Source: Acidobacteriota bacterium (lineage in GTDB: Bacteria; Acidobacteriota; UBA890; WLXD01). From it: 64,000 nt of DNA. The notes beneath the pieces are model-generated. The model worked only from the letters and a program-made list of their open reading frames with translations, did no database searches and was not told the origin of the DNA. The stretch spans positions 4,960,001 to 5,024,000 of the forward strand of contig CBDFKD010000002.1 of the NCBI GenBank assembly GCA_965248695.1, written 5' to 3'. Position 1 is the stretch's first letter, and each line of letters opens with the position of its first letter. Shown here piece by piece: positions 42,917 to 52,745 of this stretch. Both the position numbers and the translations under genes were made by a program.

Positions 42917-42929
42917 CGCGCATTATCGA

Positions 42930-43946
42930 ATGAGCGATATCACCCGGCGCCAAGCTCGTCAGCAGGGGTTCACGCTCCGCCGCGCGGTTGCTTTCGCCGT
43001 TGTCGTGCACTTGTTGCTCGGCGGTCTGGTTACCTGGTGGCCGTGGCTCCTGTTCCCGACGCCGGCCTCTGCGGAGACTCAGCCGCCGCCACTGCAGTTC
43101 ACGTTCGTCGACACGCCTGAGACCGAGCCGCCGCCGGAGCCGCCGGACACGGCGACGATGTCGGATATCGACCGCGCCGCGGCGGATAACTCGCCGCGCG
43201 ACGACCAGCCACTACCGTTCGCCGAGGGCAACACGCCCGCCCAGGTCATCCGGCCCGCCGCGGTGCCCATCGAGACACCGGCGGCGGAGGCGCAGCCGCC
43301 GGCTCCGGAGACGCCGCCGGCGCGGCCGGCCGAGCGCCCGGCCGCCACCGAGCCGGTCGCTGACACGCCAGAGGTGGTACCGGAGGAATCCGACGTCGAC
43401 GCTGCCGAGCCCGAGGATCGGCCGGTCGAGGAGGCCACCGAAGCCGTCGAGGAGGTCGCCGAGACGGTGACCATCCCGCCGCGCCAGCCGAGCTTGCGAA
43501 GCCAGCTGACGCGAATGGAGTCGTTCGTCGACCCGCAGATTTTCGCCAACGCCGACGGCGGTGTCGACGAATCGGAAGGGCTGGCTCAATTCGACACGCG
43601 TGGCTACGATCTCGGAGCCTACCTGAATCAAGTTCTCCGGCGTATCGAGGGACACTGGCGGGGCAACATGCCGCCGCTGATCCGAACCGGGATCGGCGGC
43701 GCCACCTTCGTGGCGCTAACGATTCACCGGCAGACTGGCGCCAACGGCGACGAGGTGGCGATGATCGTCATCGAGCGTACGTGGCCCTCGGGGCAGCCGG
43801 CCTACGACGCTGGAGCCCGGTTCGCGCTGGAGCTGTCGGATCCGCTGCCGCCGATTCCGGACTACTATCCGTACGAAGACATCAAGGGTCGCCTCGGGTT
43901 CATCTACAACATGGGAGCGGCCGACGTGGCCTTTCCCGAACAGTAA
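42930..43946 (+). CDS. TonB/TolA-like energy transducer
   Basis: Single N-terminal TM with conserved His (VVHLL), Pro/Glu-rich linker, TonB_C-like end; precedes exbB/exbD. Confidence 0.8.
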   Translation: MSDITRRQARQQGFTLRRAVAFAVVVHLLLGGLVTWWPWLLFPTPASAETQPPPLQFTFVDTPETEPPPEPPDTATMSDIDRAAADNSPRDDQPLPFAEGNTPAQVIRPAAVPIETPAAEAQPPAPETPPARPAERPAATEPVADTPEVVPEESDVDAAEPEDRPVEEATEAVEEVAETVTIPPRQPSLRSQLTRMESFVDPQIFANADGGVDESEGLAQFDTRGYDLGAYLNQVLRRIEGHWRGNMPPLIRTGIGGATFVALTIHRQTGANGDEVAMIVIERTWPSGQPAYDAGARFALELSDPLPPIPDYYPYEDIKGRLGFIYNMGAADVAFPEQ

Positions 43947-43977
43947 CGTCTGCCACCAGACCGGAGTCGATTCACGC

Positions 43978-44622
43978 ATGATCGAGGTGTTGCGAAGCGG
44001 GGGACCGGTGATGATCCCGCTGGGGATTTGCTCGGTGCTCGCGGTCGCCATCATGGCCGAGCGGTTCTGGAATCTCCGGGACTCGAAGGTGCTGCCGCCG
44101 GCCGAGGTGGCGCACATTCACGCCCTCATCGATCGCGGCGAGTTCGTTCGTGCCGAGGAGTACGCCGCCAGTCGCCCGGGCCCGTTGAACAACATCCTCT
44201 TGCCGGCCCTGCAATCACGCGCCGAGTCGAGGGAGTTCATCCGCGAGTTGGTGCGTGACGCCGGACGCCAGGAGGTTCCGGAGCTCGAGCGCTATCTGGG
44301 GATTCTGGGAACGGTTGCCAGCATCACGCCGTTGCTCGGATTGCTGGGCACCGTGCTCGGCATGATCCAGGTGTTCTCGGTCATCTCGCTGCAGGGCGTG
44401 GGGCAGGCAAACGCCCTCTCAGGCGGGATCTCCGAAGCGATGATCACGACAGCCACCGGGTTGGCGATCGCTATCCCGACGCTTGCCGGCTACAACTACT
44501 ACGTTGGCAAGGCCGAGGGCATGGTGCTCGAGATGGAACGTCTGGTGCTGGCGATGATCAAGCTGATTGTCGAGCGTCGGGCGCTGGCGCCGAGTGCCGC
44601 TGGGCCGAGTGATCCGTCGTGA
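43978..44622 (+). CDS. MotA/TolQ/ExbB proton channel protein
   Basis: PLLGLLGTVLGMI, GGISEAMITTATGL. Confidence 0.93.
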   Translation: MIEVLRSGGPVMIPLGICSVLAVAIMAERFWNLRDSKVLPPAEVAHIHALIDRGEFVRAEEYAASRPGPLNNILLPALQSRAESREFIRELVRDAGRQEVPELERYLGILGTVASITPLLGLLGTVLGMIQVFSVISLQGVGQANALSGGISEAMITTATGLAIAIPTLAGYNYYVGKAEGMVLEMERLVLAMIKLIVERRALAPSAAGPSDPS

Positions 44623-44672
44623 TCTGTTGCGCCTCCGCGCCTGCTCCGACCCGCCACGTGAGGCGATAGCGG

Positions 44673-45077
44673 ATGTTGACCGAGACGCGGAACCGGCAGC
44701 GGCGCGCCAGCGTCGACATGTCGCCGTTGATCGATGTCGTGTTCCTGCTGCTGATCTTCTTCGCCGTGACCACGACATTTCTGGAACAGTCGGGCATGGA
44801 CCTGGAGCTGCCTGAGTCCAGCACCGCGGCGCCCACCGAGCAGTCCGCGATCGTCGTCGAGATATCCGTTGACGGCGAGATTCGTCTAGACGGTGAGGTG
44901 CTGACCGCTGAGGCCCTCGAGCAGAGAGTAGCGGCGCTCAACGCCGAGGATCGCGCCAAGATCACCGTCCGCGCCGACCGCACCATCGAGCTCGGAACGG
45001 CAGTGCGGGTGATCGACGCGCTGCGCAAAGGCGGCGCGGAGGGAATCTCGTTGCCCATGGTGCCTCTGGATCAGTGA
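44673..45077 (+). CDS. ExbD/TolR family protein
   Basis: MSPLIDVVFLLLIFF, VRAD. Confidence 0.93.
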   Translation: MLTETRNRQRRASVDMSPLIDVVFLLLIFFAVTTTFLEQSGMDLELPESSTAAPTEQSAIVVEISVDGEIRLDGEVLTAEALEQRVAALNAEDRAKITVRADRTIELGTAVRVIDALRKGGAEGISLPMVPLDQ

Positions 45078-46114
45078 GCCGCGCAGACGAGCGCGGCGAG
45101 CGCGTGGCGCCGTTGCTCGTGGTGGTCGGTCCAACAGCCGCCGGGAAATCGACGACCGCCGAGTGGCTCGCCGAGAAACTGGCGGGCGAGCTCGTTTCTG
45201 CCGACGCGTTGCAGGTATACCGAGGGCTCGACATCGGCACCGCCAAGCCGACGGCAGCGGCCCGGGCACGATGCGCCTACCACTGCCTCGACTATCTGGA
45301 CCCGGCACAACGGTGCTCGGCGGGAGCCTACGCGGCAACGGCGTGGCAAGCCATCGATCAGATCCGGGCCCGCGGCCGACTGCCGATCCTGGTCGGCGGT
45401 AGCGGCTTCTACGTGCAGGCCGTCGTCGAGGGGCTCGACGAGGCCCCGGCCAGCGACCCCACCTGGCGCCGGGTCCTCGGCCGGCTGCGCGATCGCCGAG
45501 GCATCGAGCGCCTGCACCGGGACCTGGCGCGCCTCGACCCGGCCTCGGCGGCCCGCATCGGGAGCCGCGACGCGCAGCGGGTTCTTCGTGCCCTCGAAGT
45601 GGTCCTCCGCACCGGCAAGCGGATGACCGACACGGCAGAGAAGGGTAGTGGCCAGCGGTTGGGCACAGCCGAGGCGGTGTGGCTCGGAGTGACGTGGCCG
45701 CGCGAGGTGCTTTACGAGCGCATCGCTCGTAGGGTTGACGAGATGCTCGCCAGCGGATGGATCCAGGAGGTCGAGGGGCTGCTGGCGGCCGGAGTGCCAC
45801 CTGATGCACACGGGCTGCAGGCGATTGGCTATCGACAGCTGGCGAGCGTTTGCAGCGGGCGGCTCGACCTCGATGGGGCACGCGACGAGATCGTGCGCGC
45901 CACCCGACGCTACGCCAAGCGGCAGCTGGCATGGTTCCGGCGCTGGCCGCAGATCCGGTGGCTGGAGCATCGAAGCGGTGAGGACCCGGGCGGCGAGGTC
46001 GAACGTGAGCGTGTCGAGTGCCTGGCACGGGAGCTTCTGGCCGACGCCGCCAACGGTGCTCATAGAAGCGATGTTGCCGCGTCGCAACCCGGGAGTCACA
46101 ATGGACAACGATGA
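45074..46114 (+). CDS. miaA: tRNA dimethylallyltransferase
   Basis: GPTAAGKS, DALQVYRGLDIGTAKP, VGGSGFY, AIGY, TRRYAKRQ. Confidence 0.96.
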   Translation: MSRADERGERVAPLLVVVGPTAAGKSTTAEWLAEKLAGELVSADALQVYRGLDIGTAKPTAAARARCAYHCLDYLDPAQRCSAGAYAATAWQAIDQIRARGRLPILVGGSGFYVQAVVEGLDEAPASDPTWRRVLGRLRDRRGIERLHRDLARLDPASAARIGSRDAQRVLRALEVVLRTGKRMTDTAEKGSGQRLGTAEAVWLGVTWPREVLYERIARRVDEMLASGWIQEVEGLLAAGVPPDAHGLQAIGYRQLASVCSGRLDLDGARDEIVRATRRYAKRQLAWFRRWPQIRWLEHRSGEDPGGEVERERVECLARELLADAANGAHRSDVAASQPGSHNGQR

Positions 46115-47439
46115 ACGGACATAGCCTTCATGTAGCGGCCGCACTGTGTGCGGCGGTCATGTTGAGCGGCTGCGCCTCGACCACAGCGGCGCCCGCGACG
46201 CGGCCGGTGGCAGTCAGCCCGCTCGACCCTGCGCGCGTACCACCGGCGCCAGCGACCGCCTCCGCAGCTCTGGCTGCGGCGTGGGACGAGGTTCGCGACG
46301 TGGCATCAGCTGATGCCTCTGGCCCCATCACGCTGCAGGAGGAGGCGACTCCGATCGGCAGGACCGTGGCCGGGTTCGCGGCTCTGCGGCGCGGAGATCT
46401 GCCGGCAGCGCGCGATGCGTTCGGGCTGGCGCTCGGGGAGCAACCGATGCCCGAGGCGGCCTACGGAATGGGTCTGGTGGCAGTGCTGCAGCGGCGTCCC
46501 GATGTCGCGCGTGGCTGGTTCGAGACCGCGCTCCAGGCGGACCCTGATCTGACCCGGGCGGTGCTCGAGCTTCGCCAGCTCAGCCTCGACGACGTCGGGC
46601 CATTGCTCATGCGCGCCGAACTGGCGGCCAACGCCGGCGATGCCGCAGCCGCAGAAGCGGCGTATCAGGAGGCCATTGCTGCGGCTCCCGAGATTCAAGG
46701 CCCGTACCTGCGGATCTCCACTCTGCGCCAGCAACAGGGCGATGCGGCGGGCGCAATCAGGATCCTCGACGCCGGTCGTCGGCGCACCGGCGACGGCGCG
46801 CTGATCCTGAAGAGGCTCGGGATGCTGTATCGCAGCACGCAGCGCTACGCCGAGTCGAACGACGTGTTCCAGCGGCTTGCAGACGCGCGTCCGGACGATG
46901 CGCGCGTCGCCGAGTTGGCCCGCGAAGCCCGCGATCTGTACGAGCGCGATTCGCTGCCGGCCGAGTATCGCGAGCTGGCTGACAAGGCGGTGATCACGCG
47001 CGAGGATCTGGCGGCTCTGTTCGCCATCAATCTGGAGGTGCTGGAGGAGCGGATCGGCGATCGACGGGGTGTGATCGTTGGCGACCTCGGCGACCGCTGG
47101 TCGACCCCCTTCGTGCATCGCACGGTGTCGTGGGGCGTTCTCGACGTATACCAGAACAACGATTTTTTCCCGCAGATGCAGGTACGCCGGAGCATGCTGG
47201 TGGAGGCCTGCTACCGAGTGCTGGAGCTAGTCGGTGCTGCTGCCGATGCGCCGAGCGCGCGGCTCGATGATCCGCCGCCCGGGCATCTCCTGTACCGTCC
47301 GGTGCAGGCGGTGGTCGGGCTCGGTATTCTGTCGGCTGACGGAGATGGGTCGTTTGACCTACTGGCGCTGGTCTCGGGCACAGAAGCGCTGGCGGCGGTC
47401 GAACGGTTGACCGCGCTAGTACGCCGGAGCGGCGACTGA
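46111..47439 (+). CDS. TPR lipoprotein with C-terminal SLH-like region
   Basis: Lipobox LSGC, TPR-like helices, ITREDLA and F.P..VRR SLH-like motifs. Confidence 0.7.
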   Translation: MNGHSLHVAAALCAAVMLSGCASTTAAPATRPVAVSPLDPARVPPAPATASAALAAAWDEVRDVASADASGPITLQEEATPIGRTVAGFAALRRGDLPAARDAFGLALGEQPMPEAAYGMGLVAVLQRRPDVARGWFETALQADPDLTRAVLELRQLSLDDVGPLLMRAELAANAGDAAAAEAAYQEAIAAAPEIQGPYLRISTLRQQQGDAAGAIRILDAGRRRTGDGALILKRLGMLYRSTQRYAESNDVFQRLADARPDDARVAELAREARDLYERDSLPAEYRELADKAVITREDLAALFAINLEVLEERIGDRRGVIVGDLGDRWSTPFVHRTVSWGVLDVYQNNDFFPQMQVRRSMLVEACYRVLELVGAAADAPSARLDDPPPGHLLYRPVQAVVGLGILSADGDGSFDLLALVSGTEALAAVERLTALVRRSGD

Positions 47440-47530
47440 GGCCGCATTCCGGCACCCAGCGGCTACGGGACGGCTGTTTGCGCCCGTTCGTGACGGCGAC
47501 TACGATCGGCCTGGCAGGAGGGACGAACGT

Positions 47531-47995
47531 GTGACTGGCTCCCCAGACGAAATCTCCGCGGACGGAACTGCCGACGACGAGGCGGAACAGATCGTCGTGG
47601 CCGAGGAAGAGCCTCGTACGGAACCGGTGTCGATGCCGCGGGCCCTGCTCGGTTGCGTACTGGCCTGGGCCTTGCCAGGGGTCGGACACGCGGTCCTCGG
47701 TCGCTGGGGACGCGGGCTCCTTTTCGGCACGGTGGTCATCACGCTGTTGCTGGGCGGTATCGCGCTGGAGGGCAAGGTGTACAAGCCGATCTCCGGCGAA
47801 CCGCTCACCTACCTGGCGGCACTCGGTGCCGCAGGCGTCGGAGTCCCGTTCGCGCTGGCGCACGCTTTCGGCTGGGCAGACGGCAATCTCGAGGGCGCCT
47901 TCTTCGAATACGGCAATACGTTCACTCTCGTAGCCGGTCTACTCAACTTGCTCGTCGTGCTCGACGCGTTCGATGTCGCGATCGGTCGGCGATAG
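47531..47995 (+). CDS. Membrane protein (DUF6677-like)
   Basis: AGGAGG RBS; LAWALPGVGH, EYGNTFTLVAGLLNLLVVLDAFD. Confidence 0.75.
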   Translation: MTGSPDEISADGTADDEAEQIVVAEEEPRTEPVSMPRALLGCVLAWALPGVGHAVLGRWGRGLLFGTVVITLLLGGIALEGKVYKPISGEPLTYLAALGAAGVGVPFALAHAFGWADGNLEGAFFEYGNTFTLVAGLLNLLVVLDAFDVAIGRR

Positions 47996-48166
47996 TTGAT
48001 CCACTTCCTGTTCCTCGTCGCGTTTTGCCTCGCCGTCGGTGTGGTGCTCGGCGCCATGTTGCGGCACGATCCGCGCGATGCCGCGGTGCTGGCAGGCTGG
48101 ATCACCGCCGGGATGGTAGGTGTTGCCTACGTGATCTCGTGGCTGATGTTCTTCCTGCCTGTCTGA
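47996..48166 (+). CDS. Small two-TM membrane protein (56 aa, absent from the ORF track)
   Basis: TTG directly after the upstream TAG; MIHFLFLVAFCLAVGVVLGAMLRHDPRDAAVLAGWITAGMVGVAYVISWLMFFLPV. Confidence 0.7.
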   Translation: MIHFLFLVAFCLAVGVVLGAMLRHDPRDAAVLAGWITAGMVGVAYVISWLMFFLPV

Positions 48167-48175
48167 CCGCCCGGC

Positions 48176-48195
48176 CATCTGTTACAGGCCACCAG
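48176..48195 (+). repeat. Solo terminal-repeat remnant of the MITE family
   Basis: CATCTGTTACAGGCCACCAG, 19/20 match to the MITE end CATCTGTTACAGGCCACTAG. Confidence 0.8.
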
Positions 48196-48584
48196 TGATC
48201 GGCCCGGCGCGCTGGCTGCCCGCAATCGCAGTAGCAAGCGGGATCTTCTGGTTCTCGCATCAGCCCGCGAGCGATCTTCCAGGTACCGGTTTTGACAAGA
48301 TCCAGCACGCGATCGCGTATGGGGTGCTTGCGGCGACGCTCTGGTTCGGACAGGCGGGCCGTCTCCTGGCGCTACAGGGAGCCCTCAAACGAGGCGTGAC
48401 CACCGTTGTTGTTGCTGCGCTATACGGTCTCTCGGACGAGCTCCATCAGAGCTTCATTGCCGGCCGCGATCCCTCGCTGATGGACTGGGTTGCCGATGTG
48501 GTGGGAGCCCTCCTAGTAGTGGGTATGCTGGTCGGAGCGGCGTTTGCCGACCTCCGGGGGGTATGGGAGAATCGCCATCGGTGA
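48195..48584 (+). CDS. VanZ-family membrane protein
   Basis: DKIQHAIAYG, YGLSDELHQSFIAGR, DWVAD. Confidence 0.9.
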   Translation: MIGPARWLPAIAVASGIFWFSHQPASDLPGTGFDKIQHAIAYGVLAATLWFGQAGRLLALQGALKRGVTTVVVAALYGLSDELHQSFIAGRDPSLMDWVADVVGALLVVGMLVGAAFADLRGVWENRHR

Positions 48585-48725
48585 CGGGCCGCGGCCGTAC
48601 CTCGGCGCCCGCCATCAGCCGCACCGCCGTCCAACGCCGGATGGGGTTTGGCGGCCGCCCGCTAGCATCGGAATCAGACGGGTTCGCAGCGGGCGCATTC
48701 TCGGTTTGCAACGAAGGAGAGCTCG

Positions 48726-49907
48726 ATGAGCCGCGACCTATGGATCCTGGAGGGCGCGCGTACCCCCATGCGGCGTTTCCTTGGCGACTTCGGTCGCACC
48801 TCCGCCATCGACCTGTGCAGCGTGGCTACGCGGGCGGCGGTGGAGCGCTCCGGTGTGTCTCCGGAGGATATTGGCCACGTTGTGGTGGGCAACGCCATGC
48901 AGACATCGACCGACGCGCTCTACGGCGCGCGCCACGTGGCTCTGAAAGCGGGTCTTCCCGAGCAGACGCCCGCCCTGACGGTGAATCGCCTGTGCGGGTC
49001 CGGCATCCAGTCGATCATCTCGATCTCCCAGCTGCTACTTACCGAGGAGATCGAGTGTGGCGTCGCCGCCGGTATGGAAAACATGACCACGGCGCCGCAC
49101 GTCGTCTATGGCGCCCGAGGAGGCTTCCGGCTACGCAGCGCCGAGCTGAAGGACTCCTTGCTGGAGTCCCTCATGGATCCTCATTGCGGCTGCACGATGT
49201 CGATGACCTCGGACAACCTGGCGCGCAAATATGGCATTACTCGCGAGCAGCAGGACGAGTTCGCTCTGCAGAGTCAGGAGAAGGCGCATGCGGCACAGCA
49301 GGCGGGCCGCCTGGCCGAGGAGATCGTGGCGGTCGAGATCAAGAAGCGCGGCAAGGCGATATCGATCGACGTCGACGATCACCTGCGCCCCGAGACCACC
49401 CTCGAAGGCTTGGCGTCCCTGCCGACGGCGTTCGGGGAGGATTCGTCGGTGAGTGCGGGCAACGCCAGTGGCATGGTTGACGGTGCGGCGGCGATGGTGG
49501 TGGCGCAGGCTGGGTGGGCTCGCGACCACGGTCACGACGGTCTGGGGCGCATCGTCTCATGGGCCACGGTTGGCGTGGATCCGAGCATCATGGGGATCGG
49601 ACCGGTTCCAGCAACCCAGATGGCTCTGGAACGAGCCGGCTGGCAGCTCGCCGACGTCGACGTGGTCGAGGTCAACGAGGCGTTTGCGGGCCAGTACCTT
49701 GCCGTGGAGCAGGAGCTCGGCCTGGACCGCAGCAAGGTCAACGTGAACGGCGGCGCCATCGCCCTGGGCCATCCGCTCGGCGCCACCGGCACGCGCATCA
49801 CTTACAGCGCGTTGCGGGAGTTTCGTCGGCGCGGCGGCGGCAAGGCGGTTGCCACCGCCTGTATCGGTGGTGGGCAAGGCATCGCCATCTGCATCCAGGT
49901 CGACTAG
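48726..49907 (+). CDS. Acetyl-CoA acetyltransferase (thiolase)
   Basis: NRLCGSG, EVNEAFA, GGAIALGHPLGATG, ACIGGGQG. Confidence 0.95.
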   Translation: MSRDLWILEGARTPMRRFLGDFGRTSAIDLCSVATRAAVERSGVSPEDIGHVVVGNAMQTSTDALYGARHVALKAGLPEQTPALTVNRLCGSGIQSIISISQLLLTEEIECGVAAGMENMTTAPHVVYGARGGFRLRSAELKDSLLESLMDPHCGCTMSMTSDNLARKYGITREQQDEFALQSQEKAHAAQQAGRLAEEIVAVEIKKRGKAISIDVDDHLRPETTLEGLASLPTAFGEDSSVSAGNASGMVDGAAAMVVAQAGWARDHGHDGLGRIVSWATVGVDPSIMGIGPVPATQMALERAGWQLADVDVVEVNEAFAGQYLAVEQELGLDRSKVNVNGGAIALGHPLGATGTRITYSALREFRRRGGGKAVATACIGGGQGIAICIQVD

Positions 49908-49931
49908 CGGGCCGTACGGGGGGTGTGAGAA

Positions 49932-50786
49932 ATGCCAATCGAGAAAGTCGGCGTGGTCGGATGCGGTCTCATGGGCAGCGGTATCGCGCAGGTATGCGCG
50001 CAAGCGGGCTACGAGACCGTCGTTCGCGAAGTCAACGACCAGCTCCTTGACCAGGGACTGGGGCGGATCCGAGCGTTCCTCGACAAGGGCGTGGAGCGCG
50101 GCAAGGCTACGCAGGAGGATGTTGATGGGGTCCTGGGGCGGCTCACCGGAACCACCGCTCTGGAGGATCTGGCGGACTGCGACCTGATAATCGAGGCGGT
50201 TACCGAGGACATCGAGGTCAAGCGCGAGACCTACACGGTGCTCGACGCGGCCTGCAAAGCTTCCGCCATCTTCGCCAGCAACACGTCTTCGTTGAGCATC
50301 ACCGAGATGGCGGTGATTACCGAGCGCCCGGATCGATTCATCGGCATGCACTTCTTCAATCCCGTGCCGCTGATGCAGCTTGTCGAGGTGGTGCACACGC
50401 TGCTGACCGACGCTTCGGTGGTCGAAGCGGGCCGCGCCTTTGGCGAGTCGATCGGCAAGACGCCGGTGGTAGCCAAGGATCGTACCGGCTTCATCGTGAA
50501 CCGCCTGCTGGTGCCCTACATGCTCGAGGCGATCCGTGTGCTCGATGAAGGGCTGGCGTCGGCCGAGGACATCGACAACGCCATGAAGCTCGGCTGTGGC
50601 TACCCGATGGGCCCGTTCACGTTGCTCGACTTCGTCGGCCTGGACACGACGTACTACATCGCCAACATCATGTACGACGAGTTTCGCGCCCCGCACTTCG
50701 CCCCACCACCGTTGCTCAAGCGGATGGTTCTGGCCGGGCAGTACGGTCGCAAGAGCGGGCGCGGCTTCTACGACTACGGCGGATAG
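49932..50786 (+). CDS. hbd: 3-hydroxybutyryl-CoA dehydrogenase
   Basis: GCGLMGSGIAQ, ASNTSSL, GMHFFNP, GFIVNR, PMGP..LLD. Confidence 0.92.
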   Translation: MPIEKVGVVGCGLMGSGIAQVCAQAGYETVVREVNDQLLDQGLGRIRAFLDKGVERGKATQEDVDGVLGRLTGTTALEDLADCDLIIEAVTEDIEVKRETYTVLDAACKASAIFASNTSSLSITEMAVITERPDRFIGMHFFNPVPLMQLVEVVHTLLTDASVVEAGRAFGESIGKTPVVAKDRTGFIVNRLLVPYMLEAIRVLDEGLASAEDIDNAMKLGCGYPMGPFTLLDFVGLDTTYYIANIMYDEFRAPHFAPPPLLKRMVLAGQYGRKSGRGFYDYGG

Positions 50787-50800
50787 TCTCGCGGGGGTTT

Positions 50801-50876
50801 GTAACCCCTTTTGAGCCAGTAGTTACGGGGACTAGCTCTCGCTCCGGGTGCTCAAAACGCACCCTATACGCACCCT
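50801..50876. other. Recombination-site-like motifs at the core/accessory boundary
   Basis: GTAAC-16 nt-GTTAC inverted repeat (50801-50826) and ACGCACCCT direct repeat (50857-50865, 50868-50876). Confidence 0.45.
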
Positions 50877-50915
50877 GATGTTCACGCTGGGTGCGCGCCG
50901 CGATCCGCACCGCCA

Positions 50916-51013
50916 CTTGGAAGCCGCTCTGCGGCTCCCACGAGTTCCCACAGCACTACGACTACGGCCTCAAATCCAAGCGTTCAACTGTCCACCGAAA
51001 CGGGGTAACTCCA
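50916..51013 (+). mobile_element. Orphan right end of an IS3-family-like insertion sequence
   Basis: TGTCCACCGAAACGGGGTAACTCCA resembles an IS3 terminal IR ending in CA; preceded by GGAAGCCGC..GCGGCTCCC hairpin; no transposase. Confidence 0.6.
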
Positions 51014-51343
51014 CCGGTGCTCACCGGCTGCTACAACAAGAGGGTGATCCGGCTCGCCCCACAGGAGACCGAAGGATCTGGCCTCAACCGGGTGGTCGGG
51101 GTCACCACACTCGAGAACGAGCGCGTCTCCTTCGCACGATCTGGTGAGGTTCGCGGGGAGACGGTTTACGGCACGGTCGAGACACGGTCCGACGGTGAAA
51201 CCGAGCTCACGCCCTACGAGATTCCACTGTCCGAGGTGGGGCGCCTTTGGCTCGAAGAGCGGAAGCTCGCAGTGGCACGTCTGCTGACCGGCCTAGCTGT
51301 AGTGCTCGGGGCAGTACTCGCGGTCTTCAACGACCCGGAATAG
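51014..51343 (+). pseudogene. Lipoprotein remnant lacking most of its signal peptide
   Basis: Begins PVLTGC (lipobox) directly after the IS end; coding-like sequence with a C-terminal hydrophobic helix. Confidence 0.5.
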
Positions 51344-51480
51344 TAGCGTCGCTGCCCCCCTCGGCATCGACCCTCACCTGCACGAAGAACAGCTCGTTAC
51401 GCTCACTGCTAACAGCGTTCGGTTGGCTACGGCTGACGCGATAGACGAGACCCTCGCCAGCGGAGGGAATCCCGGCAAGG

Positions 51481-52446
51481 CTAGCTCTTGCGGCTTTCTT
51501 GAGACCAGCTCTCGAGCAGCTCGACGCGGCGCCGAAGGTCGCGCGTCAGATCGCCGATCGATGTGATGTCGGTCAGGGTCATCGGCAGCGAGAATGCTAT
51601 CTCGTCAGTCCTCGGGTCCATCAGCTCGAGCACACCCGAGAGTGCGTGGCGTCCAGTTCCAGCCAGCACAGCATCTTGACGGGTGTAGTTCGAGTTTACG
51701 GCCTCGAGACGGTTCTCGCGCGTGTTCACATCGCCTGGACGGTTCTCGAATGAGGCCCCGGCGGCGCCGCCGTAGTCGGCGACACGTACCACCACGATGT
51801 AGTCGGCGATCTGCCGTGCGCGTACCAGGCCGAAGGCGGGCGAGGCGCGCAACGCCTGTGCAACCTGTTCCTGGACCACGGCCAGGTCATTCTGGACCCG
51901 CATCGGCGCCGACTCTATCGAGGCGTTCTGCTCGGTGACCGACGTGTCCATCGCACCGACGAAGACGCGCGGCGCGTTGATGCGCTCCTCGAGGTCGTTT
52001 GGCGGTTCGGCTACTTCCCTGAGCTGCAGGATCTCCTTGCTCATGTCGCGACCTGCCTGATGGGCGAGGATCGTTTGCTCCCAGCAGGTCTCGTAGTCGC
52101 CGATGCCGAAGGAGGCGATACCGGCCATGAAGTAGATGTCAGGCACTCCGGGTTGGCGAGCATCCGCCGCGAGAAAGGCATCCAGAGCGTCCTCTTCGTC
52201 ACCCATCTGGCCGTGTGCGATGCCCTTCAGGTAGTACGCCGTCCACAACGTGTTGTCGGCCTTCAGAACATCTGTGAGCACGTCGAGCGCGTACTCTGGC
52301 TCCCCCTGGTTGATGTACTCCTGGGCCCGTTTGAGTTCCTGCTGAAGCTCGCGCTCGTCGGCGTCCTGATATGCCCCAGCGGGCATGACTACGACCAGCG
52401 CCAACAGCAGGGAACAGAGCAGGGTGGGATCGCAGCGGCTACGCAT
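51481..52446 (-). CDS. Exported TPR-domain protein
   Basis: Signal peptide LLCSLLLALVVVMPAGA; TPR motifs AYYLKG, IYFMAG. Confidence 0.8.
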   Translation of the reverse strand: MRSRCDPTLLCSLLLALVVVMPAGAYQDADERELQQELKRAQEYINQGEPEYALDVLTDVLKADNTLWTAYYLKGIAHGQMGDEEDALDAFLAADARQPGVPDIYFMAGIASFGIGDYETCWEQTILAHQAGRDMSKEILQLREVAEPPNDLEERINAPRVFVGAMDTSVTEQNASIESAPMRVQNDLAVVQEQVAQALRASPAFGLVRARQIADYIVVVRVADYGGAAGASFENRPGDVNTRENRLEAVNSNYTRQDAVLAGTGRHALSGVLELMDPRTDEIAFSLPMTLTDITSIGDLTRDLRRRVELLESWSQESRKS

Positions 52447-52745
52447 CGTCCAACACTCTGCTCCAGGCCTTGGAAGAGGAGGCAAGTAGAGTCCGGCGAT
52501 CAAATTCGCCAGCGACGACTGACCACGCAGCCTCTCACGACGTTTCCTTGAACATCAACGGCGTGACCCGTTCAGGCATTGCCACGGCCACTGCCCGGGC
52601 GGGCCGAGTGAGAGATGCCCAGCTGGTCATACCGAGCGTGAACAGCGGTCCGTCGTGTATACAGCGTGGCTACGCTACTTGGACTAGCGTCCTTTTCGCG
52701 AAAGAATGTCGCTCGAGGGAACGAACCAGCTAGCGAAGGCAAGCA

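Noticed and set aside
52530-52665. Minus-strand peptide CIHDGPLF resembling a PyrK-type C-terminus
   Set aside because: Too short, with no upstream Cys motif; probably chance.
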